Shown: positions 38,790 to 51,309 of the stretch, piece by piece
Layout: every line of letters starts with the position of its first letter
Numbering within the stretch: the first letter of the stretch is position 1
IMG/VR virus record: IMGVR_UViG_3300028591_000001
Location: 115,547 to 179,546 of that record
Direction: 5' to 3' (one strand)
Source: a virus
Taxonomy: Duplodnaviria; Heunggongvirae; Uroviricota; Caudoviricetes
Length of the DNA: 64,000 nt
Made by a program: the position numbers and the translations under genes
Notes under the pieces: model-generated
What the model was told of the DNA's origin: nothing
Databases searched by the model: none
Seen by the model: only the letters and a program-made list of their open reading frames with translations

Positions 38790-40614
38790 TTATGATGGAA
38801 ATATTAATTATGCTTGGTTTAATTATATTAATAATAGGCTTAATTTGTCTATTCGTGGATAAGAGTGGTTTTGCTTTTCTTTTTGGCGTAATTGGAGCAT
38901 ATATTTTGTCAGGTGGTGTAATGATGCATCAAGAAAGTCACAAACCTACAGCAATGGATGTTTATCAAAATAAAACTACCCTTGAGATAACCTATAAAGA
39001 CGATATACCTGTAGATAGTGTGGTAGTGTTTAAAGATAAAGAGAAATAACTATGAGTATAGACGAATTATCGTTGTTTGATATTTATGACGAATATTTTA
39101 ACTATAAGTATTCTATGCAAATTGACCATTTTAGCGAAGAACTTAACAAGTGAGTAACTATGAGACAAGAAGATAAAGAATTATTATTGAAAGACCTTTG
39201 TACAAGGTTGCCTTATAGGGTTATTATAGAGTATAATAATGATGGCTGTTCGTCAACAAGAGAACTTGGACTTGGCAGTTTACATGATTTTATGTTTGAT
39301 AATGCAGAACTTAAGCCTTATCTTCGTTCAATATTTTCAATGACAGAGGAAGAGTTTACAGAATTAAAAAACTATACTGAGTTAAAATATAGCCAACTTG
39401 AACTGGTAGATTGGGATAATACTCATAGAACAATTGAATTTTATCTTGAGGAAATACCACATTACTGCGTAATTAAAGTATTCGATTGGTTTAATGCCCA
39501 TCATTTTGATTATCGAGGACTAATTGAAAAAGGTCTTGCACTAGAAGCACAAGAAGGAATGTATAAAAACTATTAGTTATGATTACAGAAGATTATGTTA
39601 GTTTTGAAACTGCAAAACTATTGAAAGAAAAGGGATTTAATGAAAGACTACTTACTTTCTATGTTACTGATGAAACTAAAAAGGAAGGTTGTTTCCAAAT
39701 AATGGCTTTCACTGATGATAAAATAGATAATAATCATAGTGACCATTGTTATTTAGCACCAACCCTTCAAATGGCTATGAAGTGGTTAAGAGAAGTACAC
39801 AATTTATGTATTGAACCTTACAGAACAGCTTGTGGTTATCTTTATACAATATCTACTATTCCTTATGGAAGTTGTAAATGTAATCCAAGAGAAGGTGGTG
39901 ATGATGAAGATAGTGGTCAATGGACTACCTATGAAAAAGCTTGTGAAGCAGCAATAAAGTATTGTCTTAAAAACTTAATTTGAATAACTATGGAATGGTT
40001 ACTATTGGAAAATGGACGAACCATAGATACATTTCCATCACATACAAAAGCAAAGAACGCTAAATGGTGGAAAGAAAAAGAAGCAAAACAAGATTGGCTT
40101 GATTTGTCTTATGAGATTAAACCAAAAGAATAAATAACTATGACAACAATTAAATCATATACTGACATAGAACAGTTAAAAAAGTTGGCTGAGATTCTGC
40201 CACTTGAAAATGCGGATATGGAGTATTTAGCAATAAAGGAAAATGGCCTATTAGTAGGAGCTGTTCCGTTTGTGAAAGATGATTCTGAAGTAGAAGATTC
40301 GGCATATAGTCATATCTATGATAGAATAGCCTGTTGGTCTCTTACAGCATTGCTTAATGTTTTACCACGAATAGAAGGTCTTAAACCTGTATTAGATTTG
40401 GAAATGAATTATATTCAATACCCATCTGATATTGACCTTAGTGCTACGGCAGACAATCCTGTTGATGCTTGTGTGGTTATGATTGAGAAATTGCATGAAC
40501 TTAAACTGTTGTGATTATGAGTGCAGGTTGGATAGCATTCCTCATTATTATGAGTTATATACTACTCTTATGCTTTATAGTTTACGAATATAATAAATAT
40601 AAAAATAAACAGCT

Positions 40615-41712
40615 ATGAAAGAACTTAGTATAGAAGAAAAAGCCCAAAGATATGATGAGACTTTAGATAGAACAATACGTTTCTTAACAATTATAGGTGT
40701 GTCTCCAAATGAAGAACCTATTGCAGCTGTAAAACGTATGTCAGAATACATCTTCCCCGAACTCAAAGAGAGTGAGGATGAGGATGAGGATGAGAGGATA
40801 AGAAAAGCTCTTATAAAATTAGTGAAGAAAGCTGGAGAAGGATATGAGAATGTTATAGATGGTGTCAGTATAGAGAACGCTATTTCTTGGCTTGAAAAGC
40901 AAGGAGAGCATAAGCCTGCTGATAAGGTTAAGCCAAAGTTTAAGGTTGGTGATTGGATTATAACAAACAAAAACCATATTTGGTATATTGATGAAACACC
41001 CGAAACAACATCGTATCTGTATAGGCTTATAAACCAATATGGCAAGGCTGAAGTTGCAGAATTTGAGGTTGTTGACGAGAAAGCAAGACTTTGGACTATT
41101 CAAGATGCAAAGGATGGTGATGTGCTTGCAGTAGAAGCGATTGAAGAAAACTATCAGTATCCATTTGTTGCTATTTACAAAGAGCGTGGTTTAGACTTTT
41201 TTAATTCATATTGTTCTATTGGTTTTAATGGTAAATTTCATGAAGCTGACACAGGACATTTAACAAAAAAAATTCATCCAGCAACCAAAGAACAGCGTGA
41301 CCTTTTATTTCAAAAGATGAAAGAGGCTAGGTATGAATGGGATGCTGATAAGAAAGAGTTGAAAAAGATTATAGACGAAAAGCAAATAAAAAAGAATCTT
41401 CAAGATAACAGTTTTCGTAGAATGTTTGAGCAGAATACTGCTTGGAGTGAAAAGGATGAAAGAATGTTCAATTCTGCCCTTTGGCACGTTAAAAACTCCT
41501 GTGGTAATGGTGGTAAGAACAGCGGAGAATTTGAAGTCTATAACTGGCTCTTATCCCTCAAAAACAGATACACTTGGAAACCAAGTAATGAACAAATACA
41601 TTATTTGTCTTGGATTGCAAACGTAAAGTTAGGTGATAGCGTGGTTGAACAAGAGGTTTCAAAACACCTTAATGAATTGCTTAAAGATTTAAAGAAACTT
41701 AGGGAGGAATAG
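40615..41712 (+). CDS. Hypothetical protein, 365 aa, with an acidic EDEDEDE stretch
   Basis: ORF track. Confidence 0.55.
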   Translation: MKELSIEEKAQRYDETLDRTIRFLTIIGVSPNEEPIAAVKRMSEYIFPELKESEDEDEDERIRKALIKLVKKAGEGYENVIDGVSIENAISWLEKQGEHKPADKVKPKFKVGDWIITNKNHIWYIDETPETTSYLYRLINQYGKAEVAEFEVVDEKARLWTIQDAKDGDVLAVEAIEENYQYPFVAIYKERGLDFFNSYCSIGFNGKFHEADTGHLTKKIHPATKEQRDLLFQKMKEARYEWDADKKELKKIIDEKQIKKNLQDNSFRRMFEQNTAWSEKDERMFNSALWHVKNSCGNGGKNSGEFEVYNWLLSLKNRYTWKPSNEQIHYLSWIANVKLGDSVVEQEVSKHLNELLKDLKKLREE

Positions 41713-44700
41713 TTATGAAAGCAAACGAAGAATATGATTAACATAACAATATCAAAGAATAAATTCGGTAAGTTTTCATATGTCCGATTAGAGATTGAAG
41801 GAAGTGTAATGTCTATGACATATGATGATTATAAAAAGCTTATAACATGCGTATTAAATCCTAAATTCACAAACTATCGTGGAGAAATGTACTTAACTGA
41901 TAAAGATTATACAAGTGAATTAGAGAAATTAAGAAAGTAAAATTATGAATTCAATCAAAGTACCAGAAAAGATTTTTTTGGAATGGTATAGAATTGGTGA
42001 TAAAAAAATATCGTGATTGGTGCATTACACCAAAAACAAATGACGAATCAGTTGAATACATTCACATTGATGCCTTTATTGATAAACTTGAATGTTGGAT
42101 GAATGAAAATTTCTATCAGTATGCAGGAGAATTTGCTGAAGGAATTTTAGCCCAATTTGATAAAACAGAAGACGCAATTGAGGACTTTAGAAACTATATG
42201 AAAGGAGAGTAATAATATGGATTATAAAGCAGAAGGAAACATTATATACCCTGATAAACAAATGCTGACATGGGGTCCTTTTTATTATCATTCAAAAGAA
42301 AAAGCAATTGAAAAAACAGAAGAGATTCTAAAAACCATTACAGAATGGTGTAACGAGAAAGAGCCTTCACTAAAAATTGAACCCCAAAAAGTACGGAGAT
42401 TAGCTAAAGGTGAGCAAACCATCTTTTATATACAAGCATGGAAAGATGAGAATACTCTTGAAAATTGTAAAGGGATTATAACTGTTGAAGAAATATATTT
42501 TGAGGATTAAGTTATGGCACATTTAATAGACAAATCCACTGTGGTAGCGGAGATAGAGAGAAGAATAAAAATAAACAAGGAGTGCATGCTTGGTTTAAAA
42601 AACCTTGATTACTACCAAGGAAAAGTGGATGCACTCAATGACACACTTTTTACCCTCGACACCCTTGAAGTAAAAGAGGTGGACTTGGATAAAGAGTATG
42701 AGGAATTTGTAGAAAACGACGCAGTGTATAGAAAACTTGTTAATAGCATAGTTGGTAAGAGTATTGCCAAGCATTTCTTTGAACTTGGACTTAAAGTACA
42801 GAAAAGGTTATGATAATCATAAAAGAAAAGAAATCAGTTCCACATGCAGATATAAGATGTGACAATTGTGGTAGTCTGTTACAGTATGGGAATGCTGACT
42901 TACATGAGGATTATAGTCGCTCAGACGGAATGACTTATGCCTTTCAAGGACATTTAAGACCATATTACTTTAATTGTCCTGTCTGTGGGTGTAAAGTAAT
43001 TGCTAATTGGATAATGCAGAAAGGAGAAGAGATATGAAAGTTAAAATTAAAGATAAAATAATTGATGTACCTGATTATTTTGAAGTTAGAGATAATCTGC
43101 TTTTTAATAATAATACTAAAAAATATGAAGGTGTTGATGGGGATATTGTAATTATTAATCAATATGGTAAATCAAAAAGAGGGCATATTAAAGGATATAC
43201 AGAGTATCAAATAATTCCTACTTATGAGTGGCCTACGATAGTTATATCAGCACTAGGGCTTCATGATGGCTCTTGTAATATTGATTTTATTCATTGCACA
43301 CCCGTATATAAAGTACAGAAAGGAGAAAAAGCATGATTTGGATTACATTATCTTGCCTTATGGTAGCTATTTCAGTAGGAGGATTGTTCTATATAATAGA
43401 ACAAAATAATAAAGCACAGAAATGAGAAGAATTATGAAAAAATGGTTTTATAGAAATGTCGTATTAGTATATGTCCTTGCAATAGCGTCAGTAATAATAG
43501 GAGTACTTTACTTCATACAACAAAAAGTATCAGAAGAAACTTTTAATGCGTTATTCAATGCTATGATTATTGTAATTTTTATGGTAATCGCAAGTACTGT
43601 GTTTGTTGGTATTTGGGGTGAAAATAAATTAGAAGAAATAGAAAAAAGGAGAAAGATATGAAAGACAAAGTACAGAAAGAGCCTGTAAGCGAGGACTTGG
43701 AAGCAGAACTTGACAAGTACATCAAAGACAACTTCACCATCGACAAGGAACAACTTAACAGATTTGGCATTGAAGAAAAGGATTATATGTACTCTATGGA
43801 TAAAAGTGATATGTTTAAAATGATAAGGCATTTCACAAATAACTACAAAGTACCAGCAAGTAATGATTTAGAGGAGGCAGCCAAACTTTGTGTGTCAGAT
43901 TTTTTATGTATTACAAACGAAGAAGATTGGGATGATACTGCTGTTGACGCATTGAACATATTCAAGGCTGGTGCTAAGTGGCAGAAACAACAAGACCAAT
44001 CCACTATTGAACTTGCCGAAGATCATGCTATGCTTGCAGGTATGGAGAAGATGAAAGAGGAGTTAATGGCAAAGGCTATTGATGCTCAGTGTTTTGGATT
44101 CCAAGGTGCTGCGTTGTTTTCTTTTAAATTACCAGCAGATAACTATCTTGTAGGCTCAGAAGTAAAAGTAATTGTAATTAAGGAGGATTAAACTATGAGT
44201 AAGGCAGAGAAATTTATCAGAGAACATACAAAGAATTGTAGCAACGATTGGTATGATGACCTTTCACATGGCTATGAACCTTGGCTTACTCCAGACCAAG
44301 CAAGAAGGGCTGTGGAAATTGCAAGGGAAGAAATCTACGAATGGTTAAATAATAATGTCTTTGAAGATAAATACTTAGACTTAAGAAAAATGGGAATAGA
44401 ATATGCTTTCTATGGATATAAAGTGGATACTTTAATTAACGATTTAAAACAAGCAATAAAGGATGAAACGTAGAATTTATAAAAAAAATTACTCAAAACC
44501 CCTCTTAACAAAAGGTTGATATGGAAATTTTGTAAGCCTATAAATGTTGTTCCTATTGCTGTTATAGGAAAAGATGGTAAAAGAATAAAAACAATATACG
44601 AAAGATTATGAGCAAGGCAGAAGAAGAAGCAAATAAAAGGTATAGAATTACAAGAGGTGATGATACAGAAGAAACCTCTGGTATTGATATGCAAAGAGCA

Positions 44701-46289
44701 TTAGATTTTATTGAAGGCTACCAACAGGCAGAGAAAGACGTTGCAGAGGCGTTTGCAAGAATCATTCGTGGCAATCTTGGTGGAATAGGAAATGGTATTC
44801 AGAATATGTTTGAAAAACTATATGCTGATATAACTGGAGAAAAAATGTACAAAGGATTTATAGATTAGCAATATGAGCAAAGCAGAAGAATTTGCATATA
44901 GTAAATACCCTAAAGACAAGAAAGGGGTATTGTATGACCTTGCAAGAAATAGTATTATCAACGGTTATCAACAAGCAGAAAAAGACTTATTAGAAAATAA
45001 ACATGAAAAAAGTTGGAGGTTAGATGAAAAATTATGGAAAGGTATTAAAGATGTAGAAGAAGCGTCCTATCAATATATGTATGATGCTTCTAATGATTGG
45101 GCTTATGATACTCCAACATGGAAAGATGTTCAAGATGCTTTTAAGGCTGGAAGTGAGTGGAAAGAAGACTTGGAACTTACTTGGAAGGATATGAAACTAA
45201 TTTGGAATATCACTGACGAAATGAATAATATGCCAGAAGAAGAGTTTTATCAAGAAGTATTGAAACGATTTAAAAATTTAAAAAAATAGACTTAACAATA
45301 TGATATTTTTAAAAATATTTATTTTAATTGAAATAGTAGGTTTGATATTATTTATTTATGAAATCAAACATGCTCCTTTATATCCACCTGATTATGATAT
45401 ATAAACGTTATGAATATTGGTCTAATGAGGGTAAAAAATGGACTAAGTGGTTTAAATGGAATTCTAATTTAAAGCCAGAATTTCAAATGGAAGATAGAAG
45501 AATATTTTGTAGATTGAAAAATGAATATAAAGATGAAAAAGATTTATGTACAAATTGTTAATACTTTAAATGGTATTTCACAAACAGGTATGATTGAAGA
45601 ACCTGTAATAAAAGGACAAGAAATTCAAAACACTTTAAAACATTTTGGTATAGTTTATGGAGAGATTACTTGGAACAGTGATTTTATAAATGAAGATGTT
45701 GCTAATCATCCTAGACTACTTACTGGAAGTGTTGATGGAGCTAACAAAGTAATAAATATAATTTCACTATAAATAGTATGGAAGAACTAAGAACTATTAA
45801 AGTAAATTATACTAAGGCTAAAGAATGGTATAATTCAAATAATCCTTCATTAAAAGAAATTGCTTTACAAGCATTTACTAAAGAAGAATTAGAACAAATT
45901 GATTTAAAAGAACTAATTCAACTTCTTTTAAGTTATAATTATAGTCTTACTGATACTCAAAGAATTCAACTTGAGAGTTTAATGAACAGAAAAGATATTA
46001 CTAAAATATCAGCTCCAAAATTATTAAGAATTCTTGCATGCTATTTTAATGGAGGCTTTTGGAAAAAGAAAGAAGGAGAAGAAGGATATTTCTTTTATAA
46101 AAATGAAAACGGTTTTAAAAACATTTATAATCCAAATGTTATAGATAAATATTGGTGTATAGTTTCTCATACTTCTGTATGTTATTCAACATTAGTATAT
46201 TTTAAAAGAGAAGAAGATTGTAGAGAAGCATATAATATTATGAAAAATTTAGGTAAATTAGATGCTTTATATACAGATTTTTAAGGTTG

Positions 46290-46460
46290 TGTCCGACCAA
46301 CCTTCTTATTTGATGCAGGTTTAAATCCTGTCCTTGGGCTTATTCCCGAGGTGCTGCAAATGAATGACAGAATAAGAAAAACGATCGGTGACTATTCGAT
46401 TCCCGTTCACAACAAGTCTTTTAAAACGGGATAGCAGAAGGCACTGTCTTAACAAATGTA
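46290..46460 (+). ncRNA. Candidate small structured RNA (GC-richer) ahead of a terminator. Shares GGTGACTATTCGATTCC with tRNA-like fragments.
   Basis: Hairpins GGTTG...CCAACC and CTGTC...GACAG. No ORF. Confidence 0.3.
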
Positions 46461-46470
46461 CAAGTATTTA

Positions 46471-46497
46471 AACTGGAGACTACCTCCAGTTTATTTT
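46471..46497 (+). terminator. Rho-independent terminator
   Basis: CTGGAG actac CTCCAG followed by TTTATTTTT. Confidence 0.6.
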
Positions 46498-46835
46498 TAA
46501 AACTTAACAATATGAAAACATCTGAATTAATAAATAAATTACAAAAGTCTATAGAACTTTTTGGTGATAATGAAATTGTGTGTGAATTACAAAGTAGTAA
46601 TAAATGGTACTCTGAAAAAGAATGGTCTAAAACTATTTATGGACATTTAGGAATCAGAGGAAATAAAACTTTAATTTTTGTATGAAACTTAGAAAATTAA
46701 AAAAGAAAAATCCAAATAAATTACAAAGAATTTGGATCAAACATTTGATAGAATGGATTAAATTAGAAACAAAGTATAAGTCTATTAAAAAATATTATAT
46801 TCAATCTTGTAAAGAAAAAATAAATTATTAATAAT

Positions 46836-47198
46836 ATGAAACCATTTATATTTGAATTAAAACTACATTGGATAGGATTTTATGGAAACTTATTAGAGTG
46901 GATTCCAAGAATACATATTTTTATATCAGATAATCCATCAATAAAACTTAAATGGATGGGAATAGAATTATCTTTGTGGTGTGGAATATTAGGTAGTATT
47001 GGTAAAGGATTTTATTTGACTCCATCTTTTGTATTTAAATGTCTTGACAAAAAATATAAAGAAAAATATGATTTTCAACTCTCTTGGTTAAACATAAATT
47101 ATAGAAAATTTATAGGAGAAAGAGTTAAATATAAAATTGTATTAGCAGAAGAATTAAAGAAGCCTATTGATTGGAATAAAATATTTGAAAAAAATTAA
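46836..47198 (+). CDS. Hypothetical protein, 120 aa
   Basis: ORF track. Confidence 0.45.
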   Translation: MKPFIFELKLHWIGFYGNLLEWIPRIHIFISDNPSIKLKWMGIELSLWCGILGSIGKGFYLTPSFVFKCLDKKYKEKYDFQLSWLNINYRKFIGERVKYKIVLAEELKKPIDWNKIFEKN

Positions 47199-47415
47199 TT
47201 TTTAAAACATGGAAATAGATTTTAATAAATATAATTGCTTTATAGCAGAATGTTATGAGGCGGAAGATGAATTCTGGAAAGGAATTTATGAAGATATTGA
47301 AGCTGATTATTGGATAAATGAAAATAAAAATAATTTTTGATTTTTTAACAACTATAAATAATATTAACTGTTAATAGTAGATAGTTCAAATTTTTAACGT
47401 TAAAAATCAAAATTT

Positions 47416-48741
47416 ATGAATAAATTAGTTTCAAAAAACCCGGTTTAGAGATTTAAAAAGGGTAGAAAAATTATTAAAGCACAAAAGAGTTGGGGAAAGG
47501 GATTTGGAATTGAAAATTCTGGAAAAATTTTTGGATCTTTGAATACTTTAGGGTATGAAAACCCAAATATAGGTAATAATTTTTCTATTGGAACCTCTGC
47601 AAGATTTTTGGGATATAATCCTCCAGAAACTTAGGGAAATATGCTTTATAATATTCCAAGTAGTTAGGAAGAATCAAAATCATTTACTAATGAAGTTGTG
47701 GATAAATCTGTATCTAATGAAGAACCTATTAATAATAAAATCGAAAAAAAAGGTAAAAAAATATAGAAAAAAGGTATAAATCCAAATAGGTTTGTCTCTA
47801 TTTATGATGATAAAAATAGAACTTGGACAACACATGCTGCAGATAATAAACTTACTAATAGAGACTAGGTAAAAGCTTTTTAGAGAGATGTTCTTAAAAT
47901 GGGAGAAGCTTCTGATGGAATTTGGGGAAAAAATACTGAAGCTGCTTATTAGAAATATTTAACGTCAAAACAAACAGCTCCTACTGTTTCTTATACTCCA
48001 GTAGTTGAAAAAAATGGAGTATTTACTCCTACAGAAAAGACTACTACAGATGTTAATGTAGCAAGAGATTATTTATTAACTCCAAAACAAGAAACTCCTA
48101 CATTTAATCTTGGAACTTATGTTGGAAGTGATCCTACAAGAACATATAATGCAGGAAATATTAGAGCTAATAGAGGAAATTTATATTCTAATGTAGACGA
48201 ATATTGGAATTATTTAAGTAATAATAAAAATTCTGATGATTTTTAGTTATTCCAAAATATTATGGGAACATAGGATGGAAATCTAAATAGAGAAGCATTT
48301 AATGCTACAATGGCTAATTATGGTATTTCTGGAAATCTTGGAAGAAGAGATTCTGGAAGACTTGCAAATTTATTAAATGATTTAAGAGCTATTGGAACAA
48401 AAGGCTCTGATGCTAGAAATGCTTTTCTAAACTCATATAAATAGAGTTTTGATAATGTACAGACTGGAGTAGGAAATACTATATATAATCGTTCAGCCAC
48501 AAGAGACTGGTTAAGAAATAATGCTGGAGGTTCAGCATATGCTTTTACTGGTGATTAGAGAAAAGCTGTAAGAAATATATTAAATGGTTAGGGAACAGAT
48601 CAAGATAAAGAATTAATTAAAGGAAACTCTGTTTTAGCAAAAGCATTAACAGGTTATTTTAAAACAGGAGGAAATATATTGCCATCTAGAAATATTATTG
48701 AAAGATTTAAACAAAGAAATTTTAGAATAGTGGCTCAGTAA
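47416..48741 (+). CDS. Late virion-type protein (~441 aa, at least 18 recoded TAG) with a peptidoglycan-binding (PG_binding_1-like) motif
   Basis: ATG 47416, many in-frame TAG, TAA at 48739. V-K-A-F-[TAG]-R-D-V-L and A-A-Y-[TAG]-K-Y-L place TAG at the conserved Gln positions of the LQxxL and FQ motifs, around DGIWGKNT. Confidence 0.55.
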
Positions 48742-48767
48742 CCACATTAAAAACTGAAAAAATTCAA

Positions 48768-50204
48768 AAATGTGCTAAAGGATACAATATTAAATATAAT
48801 GATTTGTATAATAATACATTTTTTAATAATAATATTACTTTAAATAATAAAAAATATTATAGATATTAGCCTCCTGTTAATTCTTTTTTAATTGAAGATA
48901 TTAAACCTTATTCTGAAAAAAAATATTATAAATATTCTCCTAATAAAAATATTATATTTGATGATCAAAAAATAAAAAAATATGAAATAGAACATCCAAA
49001 TATTAATAATTTTTATGAAAAACCAAATAGTTTATATATTCAAAAAATTCCAGAAAAAACTAAATCTATAGAAGAACTTAATGCTCCTAATTTTATAGAA
49101 AGCAAAGTACAAGATATTAAAGATGTTATTAGGGAATCTGGTGATGTTGGAGATTTTATTCAAACTGCTTGGAATGGTATAGCTAAACATTTTGTTAATG
49201 ATAAACAAGTTAAAACTAAAAAACGTCAACTTAAAGTAAATACACATTCTAAAGAGCAAATTTCTCAGTCTCCTAAAGAAGTCTTAGACGAAGCTTTTGC
49301 TAAAGAAACTAGAAATGGGACTGATACTCTTACTTGGGATAAAGTACCTGTAGATAGAACTGGAAATAAATATTATATTCAAGAATCATATCCTATTACA
49401 GATGATATGAGATTTGGTTCTAGAAATAGACTTGAATATAGAGATTTGGATTCTAATAATGCACCTCTTACTACATATCGTCCGATTCATAAATATGAAG
49501 ACTATGTAAAAGGAATAACCTATGCTGGTAAAAATTATAAAGCCATAGATAGAGATAGTGAAGGTCACCAAAATCATTTTATGGGTTACGATAAAGACGG
49601 AAAATTTAAGATAGGTCCTCTATCTAAATTTGGTCCTGGAGACACTATGACACAAGTTTTTTATTCTGATATTATCGGAGTTCCTAGAGATGCTAACGGA
49701 AACATTCAATATGTTGAAGATAGAAATAATCCAGGTCGTTTTCAACCTGTCGTTGATATTTATGGCGAGTCTACTTATGATGAAAACGGAAATCTCAAAA
49801 GAGGTAAAAAAGGAAGAGGTGTTCTTACTACAATGAGCAAAAAGAGAAGTCTTAATGGAAGTTATGGTAATGTTTCTGGCGGTCGTGTTCTTCTACAAGT
49901 AGGAAATGAAACTAGAATTGTAGCTGGAAGTATTGAGCATGTAATTCAAGAACTTGAACTTATGCAAAAAAATCATAAAGGACAACCTGTTAGATATTAT
50001 CAACTTGATAACGGTTCTTACAATAGAGGTCTTAGAACACGTAATGGAAAAAATATTTCTGCTTTAGATTTGAGAGATTATGATAGACAAAACACTACTA
50101 GTGCTGGAGGTGGACATTTTATGTATATATTAAATAATAAAAAAGGAGGAATACTTCCATCAATAAACCCAACCACAAGATTTAAAAATAGAAAATTTTA
50201 TTAA
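48768..50204 (+). CDS. Late protein (at least 478 aa including ORF 49407-50204) with one in-frame TAG at 48867 and no in-frame ATG at its 5-prime end. Start unresolved.
   Basis: Frame 0 is open from 48741 to TAA at 50202. Confidence 0.4.
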
Positions 50205-50515
50205 CAAATATTAACTTTTGAATTTTTGAATTCATTAGTAAATTTATTCCATAATCCTTTTCGGGTAAGGTTAAGCAGAACCTGCGAGTTGGATATGTAA
50301 TGAATCAAAGCATATTCAGAAGCACCTACTTGCTTGAATGTAGGCAAACCTTTATTATAAATACAAACTCGCGTAATGCAGCTGCAAAGTTTGTTCCATA
50401 TATGGTATAGGACTCTTAAAAATACTTTGAGGATTTCTAGATACAAGAATAAGTTGAGAAGAGGAAATTTATAATAAAAATCTGCAAAGCTAGGTAGAGG
50501 AAGTCCTAGCAAATT

Positions 50516-50592
50516 AGTGCTGTATAGACTCTCCCTGATAAGGAGTTGAAATCTTAGTTGGTCACACGTAGGTTCAAATCCTACCAGCACTA
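50516..50592 (+). tRNA. Non-canonical tRNA-like RNA with no recognisable D-arm: 7-bp acceptor, then TA, then a 4-nt stem strand, an anticodon-like hairpin (loop CTGATAA), a GTTGGTCACAC segment and a T-arm
   Basis: AGTGCTG ... GTAGG-TTCAAAT-CCTAC CAGCACT A. Paralogous to 50599-50675. Confidence 0.35.
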
Positions 50593-50598
50593 CTAATA

Positions 50599-50675
50599 CC
50601 AGGAATATCCGCTCTGTCTTATACACAGTAGAAACGGTAATTGGTCACATGTAGGTTCAACCCCTACTTCCTGGA
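50599..50675 (+). tRNA. Non-canonical tRNA-like paralog of 50516-50592, with hairpin loop CTTATAC
   Basis: CCAGGAA TA TCCG CTCTGT-CTTATAC-ACAGTAG AAACGGTAATTGGTCACAT GTAGG-TTCAACC-CCTAC TTCCTGG A. Confidence 0.35.
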
Positions 50676-50851
50676 CTAAAAATAAATAATTCTGGTCAAT
50701 GAGTGAAAGTTGTCGAGACGAGTTATTTAAGTATGTACGTTTAGTACCTCTATATTAAATTACCCATGAAGTACCTTGGTACATAGTCGGACGAGTAGAC
50801 TAAATAAGGTATAAGAAAGTTATACACGATGGAAGGAATTATTTATTTTAT

Positions 50852-50936
50852 CACCAGTTGGTCGAGTGCTCGATGGCAGGGGACTGCAAATCCTCTAGGA
50901 GAAATCCTCACGTTGGTTGGAATCCAACACTGGTGT
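50852..50936 (+). tRNA. tRNA-Cys(GCA)-like with a long variable hairpin and a 6-bp anticodon stem (allo or Sec-like shape)
   Basis: Acceptor CACCAGT/ACTGGTG, D GTCG-AGTGCT-CGAT, anticodon stem AGGGGA/TCCTCT with loop CTGCAAA, T GTTGG-TTGGAAT-CCAAC (G56 with C19). Confidence 0.45.
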
Positions 50937-51056
50937 CTACAATAATCCTAAACACTTAGCAATTGTGTAGAGAATACACTAAAAAGAGTGCTCAACTATG
51001 GCATCTATAGACCATCAAATTGCTCGTGGGATACGTTGAGAGGATTATTAAAATAA

Positions 51057-51177
51057 GAATCAATGGCGAAAAGGGTAAAGCAGGAGGAAAAATCTGTAGA
51101 ATATAACTTCTTATTGGGTAGCTACTTTAAGATTATAAGTTATATTTAGTATAGGGTTCGATTCCCTATTTGATTCT
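51057..51177 (+). ncRNA. tRNA-like RNA (121 nt) with acceptor and T-arm, and a large nested-hairpin insert (ATATAACTT...AAGTTATAT around GTAGCTAC)
   Basis: GAATCAA ... ATAGGG-TTCGATT-CCCTAT TTGATTC T. Confidence 0.3.
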
Positions 51178-51181
51178 TTAT

Positions 51182-51270
51182 AGGGGAGTAACCGGTAATG
51201 GGTTTCCGACCAGATTTGGGATCTGGAAACGTGATGAGCGTGTATGCGAGTTCGAGTCTCGTTTCCCCTA
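51182..51270 (+). tRNA. tRNA-Pro(UGG)-like with a long variable hairpin, 89 nt
   Basis: Acceptor AGGGGAG/TTCCCCT, anticodon stem CCAGA/TCTGG with loop TTTGGGA, variable ACGTG-ATGAG-CGTGT, T GCGAG-TTCGAGT-CTCGT. Confidence 0.45.
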
Positions 51271-51309
51271 CTATTTAGTAGATAGTTCTTTTAACTTAAT
51301 TAATGTAAA

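Larger units (their letters stand above)
37923..46284 (+). other. Early operon of about 35 small, tightly packed standard-code genes with overlapping stops and starts, including lipoproteins, membrane peptides and zinc-ribbon proteins. Typical of host-takeover or anti-defence content. Largest members: 40615-41712, 43658-44191 and 45778-46284.
   Basis: ORF track. ATGA-type overlaps. Start context (A)TAACTATG and AGGAG-like Shine-Dalgarno sites, which differ from the 16-33 kb block. No TAG inside the ORFs. Confidence 0.55.

Noticed and set aside
50201-50626. 141-aa minus-strand ORF, and the similar 53833-54078 ORF
   Set aside because: Both translate GFEPT across tRNA T-arms (GGTTCGAA). They overlap tRNA or tRNA-like genes and have no start context.
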